64,000 nt of DNA, from NCBI GenBank assembly GCA_963702025.1, contig OY969699.1:1184001-1248000 (forward strand), written 5' to 3'. How positions within the stretch are numbered: position 1 is the first letter of the stretch; every line of letters begins with the position of its first letter. The position numbers and the translations under genes are program-made. Under the pieces are notes generated by a model that worked only from the letters and a program-made list of their open reading frames with translations, had not been told where the DNA came from and did not search any database. This stretch comes from an uncultured bacterium (GTDB lineage: Bacteria > Babelota > Babeliae > Babelales > Vermiphilaceae). This document shows, in pieces, positions 51,550-61,408 of the stretch.

Positions 51550-52074
51550 ATGAAACTATATCATGCATATTCATTTGCCTTGTGCGCTTTCTTCACTGCA
51601 ACTGCCATGCAAAAACCAACCTCTTCTCTTGAGTTACTAAATGCCACTAAATATAACGATATGGAAACGGCTAAAAAACTGATAGAAGCAGGAACTGAAG
51701 TAAATGAACAATCCCACCGTGGCGAAACGCCTCTCTTTTATGCAGTCAGCAACCTCAATCTGCCGATAGTTAAACTATTGCTCGAAAAAAAAGCTAATCC
51801 GAATATCCAAACGAGCAATGAATGCGGCTATAATGGCATGACACCTTTGATGTTAGGCGCAGCGCGAGCTATCAAAGAAAATTTTTCTACGGTAAAGGAA
51901 ATTATCCAATCACTTTTAGAAGCAAACGCTGATCAAACCGTACATGATAGCCTTTATCGTTTAGCATCCTTTCATGTATGCATCAACTTCAATATTAGCG
52001 AAGCACAACAAGATGAACTGCTTACTTTATGTGCTAATAATGATCTAAAAAAGCGCAAAGAACAAAAACCGTAA
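51550..52074 (+). CDS. Exported ankyrin-repeat protein
   Basis: GETPLFYAV, GMTPLMLGA; signal ending AMQ. Confidence 0.88.
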   Translation: MKLYHAYSFALCAFFTATAMQKPTSSLELLNATKYNDMETAKKLIEAGTEVNEQSHRGETPLFYAVSNLNLPIVKLLLEKKANPNIQTSNECGYNGMTPLMLGAARAIKENFSTVKEIIQSLLEANADQTVHDSLYRLASFHVCINFNISEAQQDELLTLCANNDLKKRKEQKP

Positions 52075-52243
52075 CTCTCTCGGACAAACTAAAATAATTT
52101 TCTAGCTATTCAATGGAGCCACAAAGAGAGCAAACGAAACTAAAAAGAATTTTTTAAAAAAAAATAGAAAAACACTATACTTTTGATCAATCACTTACCT
52201 GAAATCATAAAAAAATAGTTACGAATGTATGTTAGGGATCATT

Positions 52244-54232
52244 ATGAAGTATGTACTACTTTCTATTTCATTTCTTTTTTCATCATTTCTTGTCGCCATG
52301 GAGATGCCGCCACATAAAGAAAATGCGGATGCAGAAAAAAATAATGATCTGTTACTACGCGCAAGCGTACGCGGCCATGGCAATGTGCATGAATTGCAAC
52401 AGGCCATCGCGCACGGCGCCGACGTTAACACCTACCTTCACACCACGTGCCAGCATGGCAAACCGCACAACATTGCTCTTTTACTCGCGCTTGGCGCCGA
52501 CCCTAATACCATCGATCCGGACACCCTCTTAACACCCCTACAACGGCTTTGCGTAAGCCATGACAAAAAAATAATAAATACTGCGGAATTATTGCCCTGC
52601 TCATTTTTGCTCGCAGCAGCCGGCGCAGAACCGGAGATAACCTGCTATGATTCAACTGTTTTTGACTGGGCAATGATGCGTCCGTTTGCAATTTCTACCA
52701 AACAACTTCTGCAACGAGTCTTTGATGCCTATATACCCTCTGAATCAAAGAGCATAGAAATCGTAAAAGATATTTATCATTTTCAAATAAAAGAATTACA
52801 AGAATGCAAAAATAACATTAATGATCCGGACATTGCCTTAAGAGCGTTCCGCATTAACGCATGTTTGGTCGGGTACTATAAAAAATCGCCGGTTGATTTT
52901 ATCACCGGCCAATTTTGTTGCGATCCAATCTACTTGCAACATGTACCGTCACCAAAAATAGATATTTCAGAATCTTTAGTTGGCAAAAATATGACACAAA
53001 AAGATTTAAAGCAGGAATTAAGAACTCACACTCACAAACTGAATCTCCCCAATCAGCATGGCACAACGTTACTTATGGAAGCGGTGCAAGCAAATGATTC
53101 ACAACGAGTACAAACACTCATTAATTCCGGCGCCGATATATATGCAGTAGACAATGAAGAGCAAACAGCCTTGGATATTGCTGCAAAAAAAGGATCATTG
53201 GAAACCATTCGCATTCTGCTCAAAGAATATGATGCACATAAAAAAATTCAACGGCACATGCCACAGATTCCGGCCCACCTGCATCCTGCAATCGTCAATA
53301 TTCTACAAAAGCCTACCGAGATTGCCGCGCGCAATCAGCATCCTGGTTGCTCACAACTTATTTTTAATTATAACAAATCCACCGATCCATTCTTTATGGC
53401 CCTACTCATGAATGATGCAAAAAAACTTGAAGAAATTTTTACCGAACAGCCCGAAAAAATTAAACAACCGCTCATCCTGCCCCGCTTGCCGGCAGTCACC
53501 CCTCTTGAATGGGCACAACTCATCGAAGATAAAGAGTTAATAACCTACTTACAAAAAAAAGGTGCGCAACCGGTGACCAAAAAATTTCAAGATGCATTGA
53601 GTGACAGCGTGCGTCATAACAATTTCAAAATACTCAAAAGTGCATTACGCGCCGGCGCGTTAATTAATGGCTATGATTCTAAAGGGAACACCGCGCTGTT
53701 GTGGGCATGCAGTGTCGGCAAGCCGGAAGTTATTTCTTTGCTGATTCGCAAAGGAGCCGATTTGAATATTGATGATCGCGATAAACATCGTTGCGGCTTG
53801 CGCTGGCTCTTGCGCATGCATGATAGATCCCAAAAAAAGAATGGCCGTCAATTTACCACGAGTGAATTTTTGCCGCGACTGTTTTTACTTATCGATGGCG
53901 GCGCCGATACTAAAATAGTTGATGATCACGGCGAAAATATCCATGATTGGATCCTCAAACAAGGTTTTAGCGATGATGAATTTAGTTTAGTAACTAATAT
54001 TGTCTTTATGCACGAGAAGCGGCCCGAATCGCAAGAACTGTTCCGCGAATTACTCTTACATGCAATATATAACTTTCAAAATGAAGAACTCGAAAAGGCC
54101 CGCGCCGAGAAAGATCTTCTCAAGGCCAAAAATATTGAAAACGCCTTAGTTGGGGTTGAAGGGTATCGCGGAAAGGTATTTTTTGACAAAATGTACAAAA
54201 AAAAGCCTGTCCAAAGTGGTCAGGGGCAATAG
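52244..54232 (+). CDS. Exported ankyrin-repeat protein
   Basis: GTTLLMEAV, QTALDIAA, GNTALLWAC; signal ending AME. Confidence 0.88.
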   Translation: MKYVLLSISFLFSSFLVAMEMPPHKENADAEKNNDLLLRASVRGHGNVHELQQAIAHGADVNTYLHTTCQHGKPHNIALLLALGADPNTIDPDTLLTPLQRLCVSHDKKIINTAELLPCSFLLAAAGAEPEITCYDSTVFDWAMMRPFAISTKQLLQRVFDAYIPSESKSIEIVKDIYHFQIKELQECKNNINDPDIALRAFRINACLVGYYKKSPVDFITGQFCCDPIYLQHVPSPKIDISESLVGKNMTQKDLKQELRTHTHKLNLPNQHGTTLLMEAVQANDSQRVQTLINSGADIYAVDNEEQTALDIAAKKGSLETIRILLKEYDAHKKIQRHMPQIPAHLHPAIVNILQKPTEIAARNQHPGCSQLIFNYNKSTDPFFMALLMNDAKKLEEIFTEQPEKIKQPLILPRLPAVTPLEWAQLIEDKELITYLQKKGAQPVTKKFQDALSDSVRHNNFKILKSALRAGALINGYDSKGNTALLWACSVGKPEVISLLIRKGADLNIDDRDKHRCGLRWLLRMHDRSQKKNGRQFTTSEFLPRLFLLIDGGADTKIVDDHGENIHDWILKQGFSDDEFSLVTNIVFMHEKRPESQELFRELLLHAIYNFQNEELEKARAEKDLLKAKNIENALVGVEGYRGKVFFDKMYKKKPVQSGQGQ

Positions 54233-54337
54233 ATAATTGCAAGAACTTTGCCTCAAAGGTATAAAATATGCACTTTTATGCAAAAGGGCTTTGACTTTCC
54301 TCCTTATTTCTTTTACAATTTTTGAGTCTGAAATTAG

Positions 54338-54414
54338 GGGCGGTTAGCTCAGTTGGTTAGAGCATCAGTCTTACAAACTGGGGGTCGCAGGTTCGAATCC
54401 TGCACCGCCCACCA
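54338..54414 (+). tRNA. tRNA-Val(TAC)
   Basis: GGGCGGT acceptor, CTTACAA anticodon loop, TTCGAAT, CCA. Confidence 0.95.
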
Positions 54415-54467
54415 GTCTACGCTTATCCGGGGCTTCCGCCTCGGCAAGCTACGCCTGGCTGCGCCAG
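54415..54467 (+). repeat. Family B repeat abutting the tRNA-Val CCA
   Basis: Near-identical to the repeat after tRNA-Phe. Confidence 0.85.
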
Positions 54468-54589
54468 CACTTGAGGCAGAACCTATAAAATTGAAATATA
54501 AATGCTGTAGAAATTCGGCAGCCTGCCCGCCATAGCTCGTAGAGCGACGGCTGGGTAGCTGTTTAAAGCGAAGACGGATGAAATATTAT

Positions 54590-54665
54590 TCCTCGGTAGC
54601 TCAGTTGGTAGAGCAAACGACTGTTAATCGTTGGGTCGCAGGTTCGAGTCCTGCCCGAGGAGCCA
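54590..54665 (+). tRNA. tRNA-Asn(GTT)
   Basis: TCCTCGG acceptor, CTGTTAA loop, TTCGAGT, CCA. Confidence 0.95.
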
Positions 54666-54770
54666 TTCTACGCCAAGTCCCTCGAAAGGGCTCGGGAGTA
54701 AACACGTCCTTCCGCTCATCCTGAGTAGAAAACGTAGTTTTCATATCGAAGGACGCCTGGCTTCGCCATC
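54666..54770 (+). repeat. Family B repeat after tRNA-Asn with nested family A units
   Basis: TTCTACGCC...CGCCTGGC enclosing 54709-54754. Confidence 0.75.
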
Positions 54771-54859
54771 ACTAAAGGAAATAACATAAAGCTTAAGAGA
54801 TGTGCGAAAAAACTTGTCCGCCCAAGCTCGTAAGAGCGTAGAAAAAACCCTAAAAATTA

Positions 54860-54936
54860 GGGGCTGTAGCTCAGTTGGTTAGAGCGTCCGCCTGTCACGC
54901 GGAAGGTCGTGGGATCGAGGCCCATCAGCCCCGCCA
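54860..54936 (+). tRNA. tRNA-Asp(GTC), integration site
   Basis: GGGGCTG acceptor, CTGTCAC loop, CCA; atypical T-loop ATCGAGG. Confidence 0.92.
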
Positions 54937-56382
54937 TTGTTGACGATCCGAACAATTTAGGATCAGATCAAATGGCTTAGCAGCGTCCCAGAGCAGCTTA
55001 TCATCTTCTAGTCTCAAGTTCTGAAGTACAAGCTTGATTAATTGCCGTTTTTCCTCAACTTCAGAACCGATAAATAATTCATAAGCGCGGTTAACCAGAT
55101 CCAGAACATGTTTTGAAGTTAAATAATAGTTATCTTCAGCTTCTTGTAATTTCTCAAGACGGATACTAATATCGGTCACTTGATCGCGTAGTGAAGTGTA
55201 AAATTTGTCATACTCGCTGTCAGTAATTCTCCCTTTGAGTTTATCAAGGTAAAGATTATCCATCATCTTAGTGGTGGTTTTTTGTTCGGAAGTGAGCCTA
55301 TCAAACTCTCTATTGTGAAATTCCACCTTATCCTGATGAACTGCATTAAGCGTTTCTATAATTTCCAAAATAATATCTTCAGGCATCTGGATATTTTTAA
55401 ATACTTTGCCTAATTGCTCAGTAATTGCTTCTTCTCGCAGCCATTTTGCCCCATGCTTGCCATTATATTGCGTGCAATGGTAATAGATATTGCCTTTGTG
55501 CTTCTCAGGCGTTATAGCCAATCCGCAATGGGCGCATCGAATAAGGCCCCGATATACATATGGTTTGCCGGCGAACTTGAATGGTTTTTTATTGTAACTT
55601 GCTTTCACTTGTTGTACCTGCTCAAAAAGGGTTTGAGAAATAATGGTTGGATAGCGATGGGGGTATGATTTACCTTTTACAATCATGATCCCATAAAAGA
55701 AATGATTATTAAGCATCTTCCAAAGATAGCCCTTGGCCCAATCCAACCTATAATCTTTTTTTACTTTTGCACGAAGCAAATCCATGGAATAAGCACCGGT
55801 GGCATAAAGCTCATATAATTTTCTCACAATATGCGCTTCATATTCATCCACAATGATATCGGTATTGCCAGCTGCGTTGGTGATATTCTTATAGCCATAA
55901 GGAGCCATTGCCGGCCATTCTCCTTTGCGGAGCTTCTGTTCAAGCGCGCGCTTCACGTTATCGCTAATAGCATCGGAATAATATTTGGCCAGCCCAAGGC
56001 TGATGCTAAATTGGAATTTTTCTACCGCAGAAATGCGGCTAGTAATAATCTGCCCATCAGAAACAAAATGCAATTCTATTTCATCGCTTAATGCTCGTTC
56101 ATAAAGAACGGAGATACGTTTATCAAATACATTGCGTGAAAGGCGATCCACTTTATCACAGCAAACAGCAGTCTTTTCTGTTTGGGCTAAAATGATATCG
56201 ATAATGCGATCAAATTCAGAACGATCATTGGTATAGGCGCTTTCATCAAAACTGCAAACTTGTTGAATTTCAAAGCCTTTGCTTTCGCAATATCTTTCAA
56301 GCCGTGCTACTTGTGCGGGCAATGAGTTGCCTGCTTCTCGTTGTTCTTCTGTGCTTACTCGTGCGATGAGAATTGCTTTCAT
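54925..56382 (-). CDS. Large serine recombinase
   Basis: ARVSTEEQ, DRLSRN, PYGY, Zn ribbon CAHC...YYHC, coiled coil. Confidence 0.95.
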   Translation of the reverse strand: MKAILIARVSTEEQREAGNSLPAQVARLERYCESKGFEIQQVCSFDESAYTNDRSEFDRIIDIILAQTEKTAVCCDKVDRLSRNVFDKRISVLYERALSDEIELHFVSDGQIITSRISAVEKFQFSISLGLAKYYSDAISDNVKRALEQKLRKGEWPAMAPYGYKNITNAAGNTDIIVDEYEAHIVRKLYELYATGAYSMDLLRAKVKKDYRLDWAKGYLWKMLNNHFFYGIMIVKGKSYPHRYPTIISQTLFEQVQQVKASYNKKPFKFAGKPYVYRGLIRCAHCGLAITPEKHKGNIYYHCTQYNGKHGAKWLREEAITEQLGKVFKNIQMPEDIILEIIETLNAVHQDKVEFHNREFDRLTSEQKTTTKMMDNLYLDKLKGRITDSEYDKFYTSLRDQVTDISIRLEKLQEAEDNYYLTSKHVLDLVNRAYELFIGSEVEEKRQLIKLVLQNLRLEDDKLLWDAAKPFDLILNCSDRQQWRG

Positions 56383-56622
56383 ATTATGCTCTTGCTAAGG
56401 GGTTTAATTTTGAATCCTTAGCAGTTTAATCGCAAAGCAAAATATTTCTAGATTACGAACCAATAAACGATTATTTCATTGGTGATCACTTCGTACCAAT
56501 CCACGGAATCCTAAAAAGTATGCGAAGGCTAAAGAATAAAGAAAATTCTGACTCTACTGCGAAGATGAAAAATCCATAAAAGGAAAGAGGGTTTTTATTT
56601 CTTGTTTCATATAATTCCAGAA

Positions 56623-57861
56623 TTATTTTAGCCGAAATTTAATTTCGATTTCATTTTTATTGGCGATAGCTTCTACTAATTTGATTGATTTACCTTTGAG
56701 ATATTTATCAAAAAAATTTACCAATAAAGCCCTTGTAATTCTAATTGCTTCTTCATGAGTTATTTTGCCCGGTTCTTTTGCCTGCGTAATAAGATTCCAA
56801 TCACTAAAAGACATATGATCCGCATTTTTCAAAACGATATGATATACATCATTGGTGAGATTCTCATAAAGTTTGGCAATGCGCTCTTGGTTATCCTTTA
56901 TTACCTTGTTGTAATAATCTTCGTTCGGATGTCCGGCCGGAACGCTAAATGGCTTGCCAAAAAGAAACATAAACGGCTTATTAAAGCCAATATCTTGATT
57001 CTCACCAAAAAGCGGGCCTTCGATATCTACTCCGGCTCTACAGCGTGGATCAATCCGGCACAAAGAAACTGCTGCAGCACCACCAAATGAATGGCCCATA
57101 ATGCCAATATGCTCAAGATCAAGCTTATTGGTGAATCTATTCTTTGGATCTTGTTGATTAATTAATGCAAGCTGATCCATAACAAATTGTAGATCCTTTA
57201 CCCAGATGATTATTTCATGATTATGGGCTTTTTCGAGCTCTTCTTTGTTTTGAACAAATTCTGCCCACTGGGTAGAGCCTCTGATAATTCTGCCATCAGG
57301 AAATTCAACTGGTTCGGAAATATACGTATGATCAAGTGCCGCTACAATATAACCATGGCTGGCCAGTTCTTCAAATAAGTTTGTGGAAAGATAATGAGGG
57401 CCACCAAATCCGGGCGAAAAAAGAATGATCGGGTATTTGGATTGTTTATCACTTACAGGAGCATTAAGATATGCGTGTGTAATAACATCAGCATCAATAT
57501 AGCCGCTGCCGCCAAATAAAAATGGCTCTTTCTTTGCAAGTTCTTCTTGTATGTGAGCTTTTAACTGGGAAGAAATGTACGGAGCTTGAATTTCATTTCC
57601 TTGAAGATTTGCAGGATACCATAGATGTAGCATTAGTTCACGAAAATGATGTTTAGGATCTTGTGAATAAACTTCTTTGCGTGATGTATCAATTAAATGA
57701 TATCTTATCGTTCCAATAGCATAGGTGCCGATCGGTTTTGGCAACTTAACGGCAAATGGTTTATGATTACTCATTTTTTGTCCAACAATAACAATACCTA
57801 GGAGCAAAAAGCTAGTTAAAACTATTTTGTTTTTTAAAAAATATATCTTTATTCTTTCCAA
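56623..57861 (-). CDS. Alpha/beta hydrolase (PAF-acetylhydrolase-like)
   Basis: FSPGFG, ELASHGY, GHSFGG, HMSFSD. Confidence 0.88.
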   Translation of the reverse strand: MERIKIYFLKNKIVLTSFLLLGIVIVGQKMSNHKPFAVKLPKPIGTYAIGTIRYHLIDTSRKEVYSQDPKHHFRELMLHLWYPANLQGNEIQAPYISSQLKAHIQEELAKKEPFLFGGSGYIDADVITHAYLNAPVSDKQSKYPIILFSPGFGGPHYLSTNLFEELASHGYIVAALDHTYISEPVEFPDGRIIRGSTQWAEFVQNKEELEKAHNHEIIIWVKDLQFVMDQLALINQQDPKNRFTNKLDLEHIGIMGHSFGGAAAVSLCRIDPRCRAGVDIEGPLFGENQDIGFNKPFMFLFGKPFSVPAGHPNEDYYNKVIKDNQERIAKLYENLTNDVYHIVLKNADHMSFSDWNLITQAKEPGKITHEEAIRITRALLVNFFDKYLKGKSIKLVEAIANKNEIEIKFRLK

Positions 57862-58648
57862 TAATAATCACCGAAGTAAAAAGTAAAATTAACCACAGAA
57901 TAAACCAGGTAAATGGTTTAATGTGAAAAACATTAAGACATAAATCATAAATACTATGAAAAAGTATAGCGCTTAAAATACTGCGATTATTTTTTACGTA
58001 TAACCAATTGGTTATGATGGTTATTAGGAATAAGCCAGTAAAATAAATAAATGTCTGAAATAATCCCAAATCCCAAATTTCTTTTTGCAAACCCCCATTA
58101 TGAATGAAGAATAAAGGAACATGCCATAAACCCCATATGGCACCAAACATTAAGGATGTTTTTATTAAATTAAACTTATCTCTTAAGCTATCAATGCAAT
58201 ATCCGCGCCATCCTATTTCTTCAAAAGGCCCAATGAGAAATATCACCAATAAAAGCATCAAAAAATTTTTTCCTTGTAAAAGGAGATCGTTTGATTGAGT
58301 TATAAAAGAAATTTGATTTGCCGGTTGTCCGAAAAATAAGGATATAATTATTGCAAGTACAATGAGAGATGGGAATAATAACAAAATAATAGGAATAAAT
58401 TTTCTTTTAATACTGTCAGGTCGTAATCTTTGAAAAAAATCATTCCATAACTCTTTATTTCTCGATTTAATTAACATTATTATCGTAGCGAGTGCCGGAC
58501 CACTTAAACCAACAAGAACTAAAGGCAATAAAAGATAGTGCATTGATGGTTGCCAACTTGCATAAATAGCAAAAAACCAAGGTAACCAACTCAGAAAAAA
58601 AGTTATTAAAAAGAAATTTAATGGTTCATATGTATATGTTTTTAACAT
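57812..58648 (-). CDS. CPBP (CAAX/Abi) intramembrane protease
   Basis: EEIGWRG, WGLWH, HSIYD; multiple TM segments. Confidence 0.9.
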   Translation of the reverse strand: MLKTYTYEPLNFFLITFFLSWLPWFFAIYASWQPSMHYLLLPLVLVGLSGPALATIIMLIKSRNKELWNDFFQRLRPDSIKRKFIPIILLLFPSLIVLAIIISLFFGQPANQISFITQSNDLLLQGKNFLMLLLVIFLIGPFEEIGWRGYCIDSLRDKFNLIKTSLMFGAIWGLWHVPLFFIHNGGLQKEIWDLGLFQTFIYFTGLFLITIITNWLYVKNNRSILSAILFHSIYDLCLNVFHIKPFTWFILWLILLFTSVIIIGKNKDIFFKKQNSFN

Positions 58649-58715
58649 GAGTGACTCTTTAATTATAAAGAAAACTTATTTAATAAAAAATTAATACTTA
58701 AAAATAACATTAAAG

Positions 58716-59465
58716 TTAATTATCTTGTAACGTTTTAGAATTAGCAATCATATATTCTGAATTCACCCAATAACCATCCATTACATGTTTAAATCCCCAT
58801 TGGCTGTAAAGATCTAATACGTCTTTATTAGTCACTCGAGAATGAACAATAATGCGCTGGACATCAGGTATGATTTTAAAAATTGAGCTCATAAGAATTT
58901 TGCGCAATTCGTTTCGTTGAACTTCAGAAACCATGCCAACCATTCCAGCTTTAATTGTTCCTACTGGATACTCCGGATTTGTTAAGAATTGAATAAATCC
59001 CAATAACTTTCCGTGTGCATCACAAGCGGTCACCAAATAATGAATCTCACCCTGAGCACTAAATCTGCTAAAATCTGTGGTTAAAAAAAATTGATTGAAA
59101 ATCGCAGTAATCTTTTCCTTCACATCGTTCCAATCAATACTCTTTTCTTGGAATAATGGCGAAAGTGACTTTAAGAAATGATCCTGAGGAATCGCTTCTG
59201 GATGAATCTGAGCAAAATTAAATTCTTGGTTAGCATACGCTTGAATTAATATGTTGCTCACATCTTGAATGCTCTGAGTCAATTGAGGTGATGTACCTTC
59301 AACTTTTTGAAAGGTTAAATGGATTTCTTGGCCATTATTATCATGAGTTACAAAACTATTCATGGTATTTTCTCGTTTATTATAAAGTTCATTGGAATGT
59401 GTTGCATATGTAACAAAAAATAGAGCTATGCCCATTAAGCACCATGCTAAGGGCATTTTATCCAA
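58716..59465 (-). CDS. GNAT-like hypothetical protein
   Basis: LLGFIQF and N..V.DLY..WGF C-terminal GNAT-like pattern; start uncertain. Confidence 0.55.
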   Translation of the reverse strand: MDKMPLAWCLMGIALFFVTYATHSNELYNKRENTMNSFVTHDNNGQEIHLTFQKVEGTSPQLTQSIQDVSNILIQAYANQEFNFAQIHPEAIPQDHFLKSLSPLFQEKSIDWNDVKEKITAIFNQFFLTTDFSRFSAQGEIHYLVTACDAHGKLLGFIQFLTNPEYPVGTIKAGMVGMVSEVQRNELRKILMSSIFKIIPDVQRIIVHSRVTNKDVLDLYSQWGFKHVMDGYWVNSEYMIANSKTLQDN

Positions 59466-59690
59466 TTTAAAAGTATATATATCCTAAAATTAGGGAAATA
59501 AGGCTCTAAGCCTAAATATTGTTTAATAAGATATGTCTATGCCTTAAAAGGCTGATAAGACATTAAAAAGAAGAAGAAACTTTCATAAAAACGCCCCCGG
59601 ATACTATCCACAGAAAGGAGACCAAAAAACAAATAACATTTTAATAATAAGCTAAATAGCTATTAAATCAAGGTTGCCTTGCAAGAATAA

Positions 59691-60806
59691 CTAATATATC
59701 TGCAAGGTTTTAAACTTCAATATATGCTCTCTAATTATTCCCAAAGGCTTTTGAATCCCTGGAAGCTTTATATCTTTTGCTTCCCCCATAAGCCGAGTCC
59801 AATCCCTTTGATTCCGCTTTGATAGCATGCCCCTTAATTCCCGGATATTAATAATTTCCATGGCTTTTGATAATCCATACATCTGCAATATCCTTTTGGA
59901 ACCAAGTTCAGGATTATTGAATATTAAATCAGCAAGTAGGGCTTTATCATTGGCAGCCTTATAATCAAGCAAGGGTGGCCTTTTGCTTTCCAGCTCATCA
60001 ATGTAATGCAAAAGAATTTTCTTTGCATTGGCAGCCTTAAAAAGGCTTTTAAAAGATAAATCTGATTTGATGCTGAGCTTATTAAAGAGCTGTTTAATTT
60101 TCTGCTGTTTATTCAAGCGCACTTCCATGCGCAATATTTCTAATTTATTTTTTCTTTTTGCAACCCGGGGAAAGAGATTCAATTGCAATGCACTATCTTT
60201 TTCAATTGCACGCTTATCGCTTTGTTTTGCTTTTTTAAGATCCTTAATTTTATCATAAAATACCACTTCATATGAATTGCAGTGCCATTTATAGCTATGC
60301 CCTTCATTACGATAATCCGTTTGATTTACATCAAGGGAAAGCTTGATATTCGCTTCTTTGATCTTATTAATATAGTGATAGGGCGTTGAGCCATCCGTGA
60401 GGGCAATATTTTTAGAGTAATGAATTGCTGATATGGGTGCTTGCGCAAGAACATCGGGAGCAACAATAACCCCCATTTGATTTAAAATAGATGAGAGCTT
60501 AGAGAGCAGAGGCTGCAGATCTTTCCCTTTTAGCTCTTCAAAATTATTGCCATAAAAGAGCTTAGGCAATGATAGCTCAATTCTGAGTACTATTTCTTTT
60601 GGATTCCGTATATTGGTTCGTAATGTGAGCCGTGGCTTATATATTCCTGCAAGCAACTCTTTCTTGGTAGGATTCTGCTTTGATTGAATTCCGTGAACGG
60701 CACTTGATCTATTATTTGTAATCCATCGTGCGGATGGTAAAAATTTATCTGGATCAGTAATTTGGAATAAATCTTGGCTGAGGAGTAATACTACTGTATC
60801 GATCAT
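59691..60806 (-). CDS. Phage/plasmid replication initiator-like protein (gene II/X-like)
   Basis: MIDTV start, IELSLPKL..GNN, FYDK, LRMEVR. Confidence 0.6.
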   Translation of the reverse strand: MIDTVVLLLSQDLFQITDPDKFLPSARWITNNRSSAVHGIQSKQNPTKKELLAGIYKPRLTLRTNIRNPKEIVLRIELSLPKLFYGNNFEELKGKDLQPLLSKLSSILNQMGVIVAPDVLAQAPISAIHYSKNIALTDGSTPYHYINKIKEANIKLSLDVNQTDYRNEGHSYKWHCNSYEVVFYDKIKDLKKAKQSDKRAIEKDSALQLNLFPRVAKRKNKLEILRMEVRLNKQQKIKQLFNKLSIKSDLSFKSLFKAANAKKILLHYIDELESKRPPLLDYKAANDKALLADLIFNNPELGSKRILQMYGLSKAMEIINIRELRGMLSKRNQRDWTRLMGEAKDIKLPGIQKPLGIIREHILKFKTLQIY

Positions 60807-61131
60807 ATGCTTTACCAATGCTGCAAATTTTAAAGTAATTAAATATGCATGATAAAGTATCGATAATTAAAAGCAAGCATGTCCGGCGAAGCCTTGGCGA
60901 AGAGGGAAGGGGCCCGCATTTTTGCGAGCCTTCTTTATAGGTTTTTTCTAAATCTATTTTCTTTGTCTTTTTTGATCGAGTTCTTGTTGTAACAGTATAT
61001 TCTTCTGGATTGATTCGCTTATTAATTTGCACAAGCAATCCAACGAATGCTGCGAACTTCTTACGATCATCACAATTTAATATAGCGCTTATAGGCAAGC
61101 GAGATACCGCTCTATTCTTCTTTGATATCAT
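60754..61131 (-). CDS. Small hypothetical protein upstream of Rep
   Basis: 125-aa ORF overlapping the rep start. Confidence 0.5.
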   Translation of the reverse strand: MISKKNRAVSRLPISAILNCDDRKKFAAFVGLLVQINKRINPEEYTVTTRTRSKKTKKIDLEKTYKEGSQKCGPLPSSPRLRRTCLLLIIDTLSCIFNYFKICSIGKAYDRYSSITPQPRFIPNY

Positions 61132-61408
61132 ATAACTCTCGATTCTATGCGAGTATGATCATGCTGATTAATTTATCAACATTGGAAATAAGTAAATTAC
61201 GATTGTTATGGATTGAGCTTATTTGCTCTCAGTTGCTAAGCAGAGATCATTCTGCCCGTTGAGCAAATGCCAGCTTGGTGATGAGATCAGATATTGTAAT
61301 CTGATAAATTTGATATAGTTCATTGCTTTACCCTCAGTTGTATAGGTGCGCTTCAAAATACATTGAGGGTAATAATAGATGGGATTATAGTGAATTGCAA
61401 GAATTTAC

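Noticed and set aside
54353..54535. 60-aa ORF
   Set aside because: Overlaps tRNA-Val and its trailing repeat
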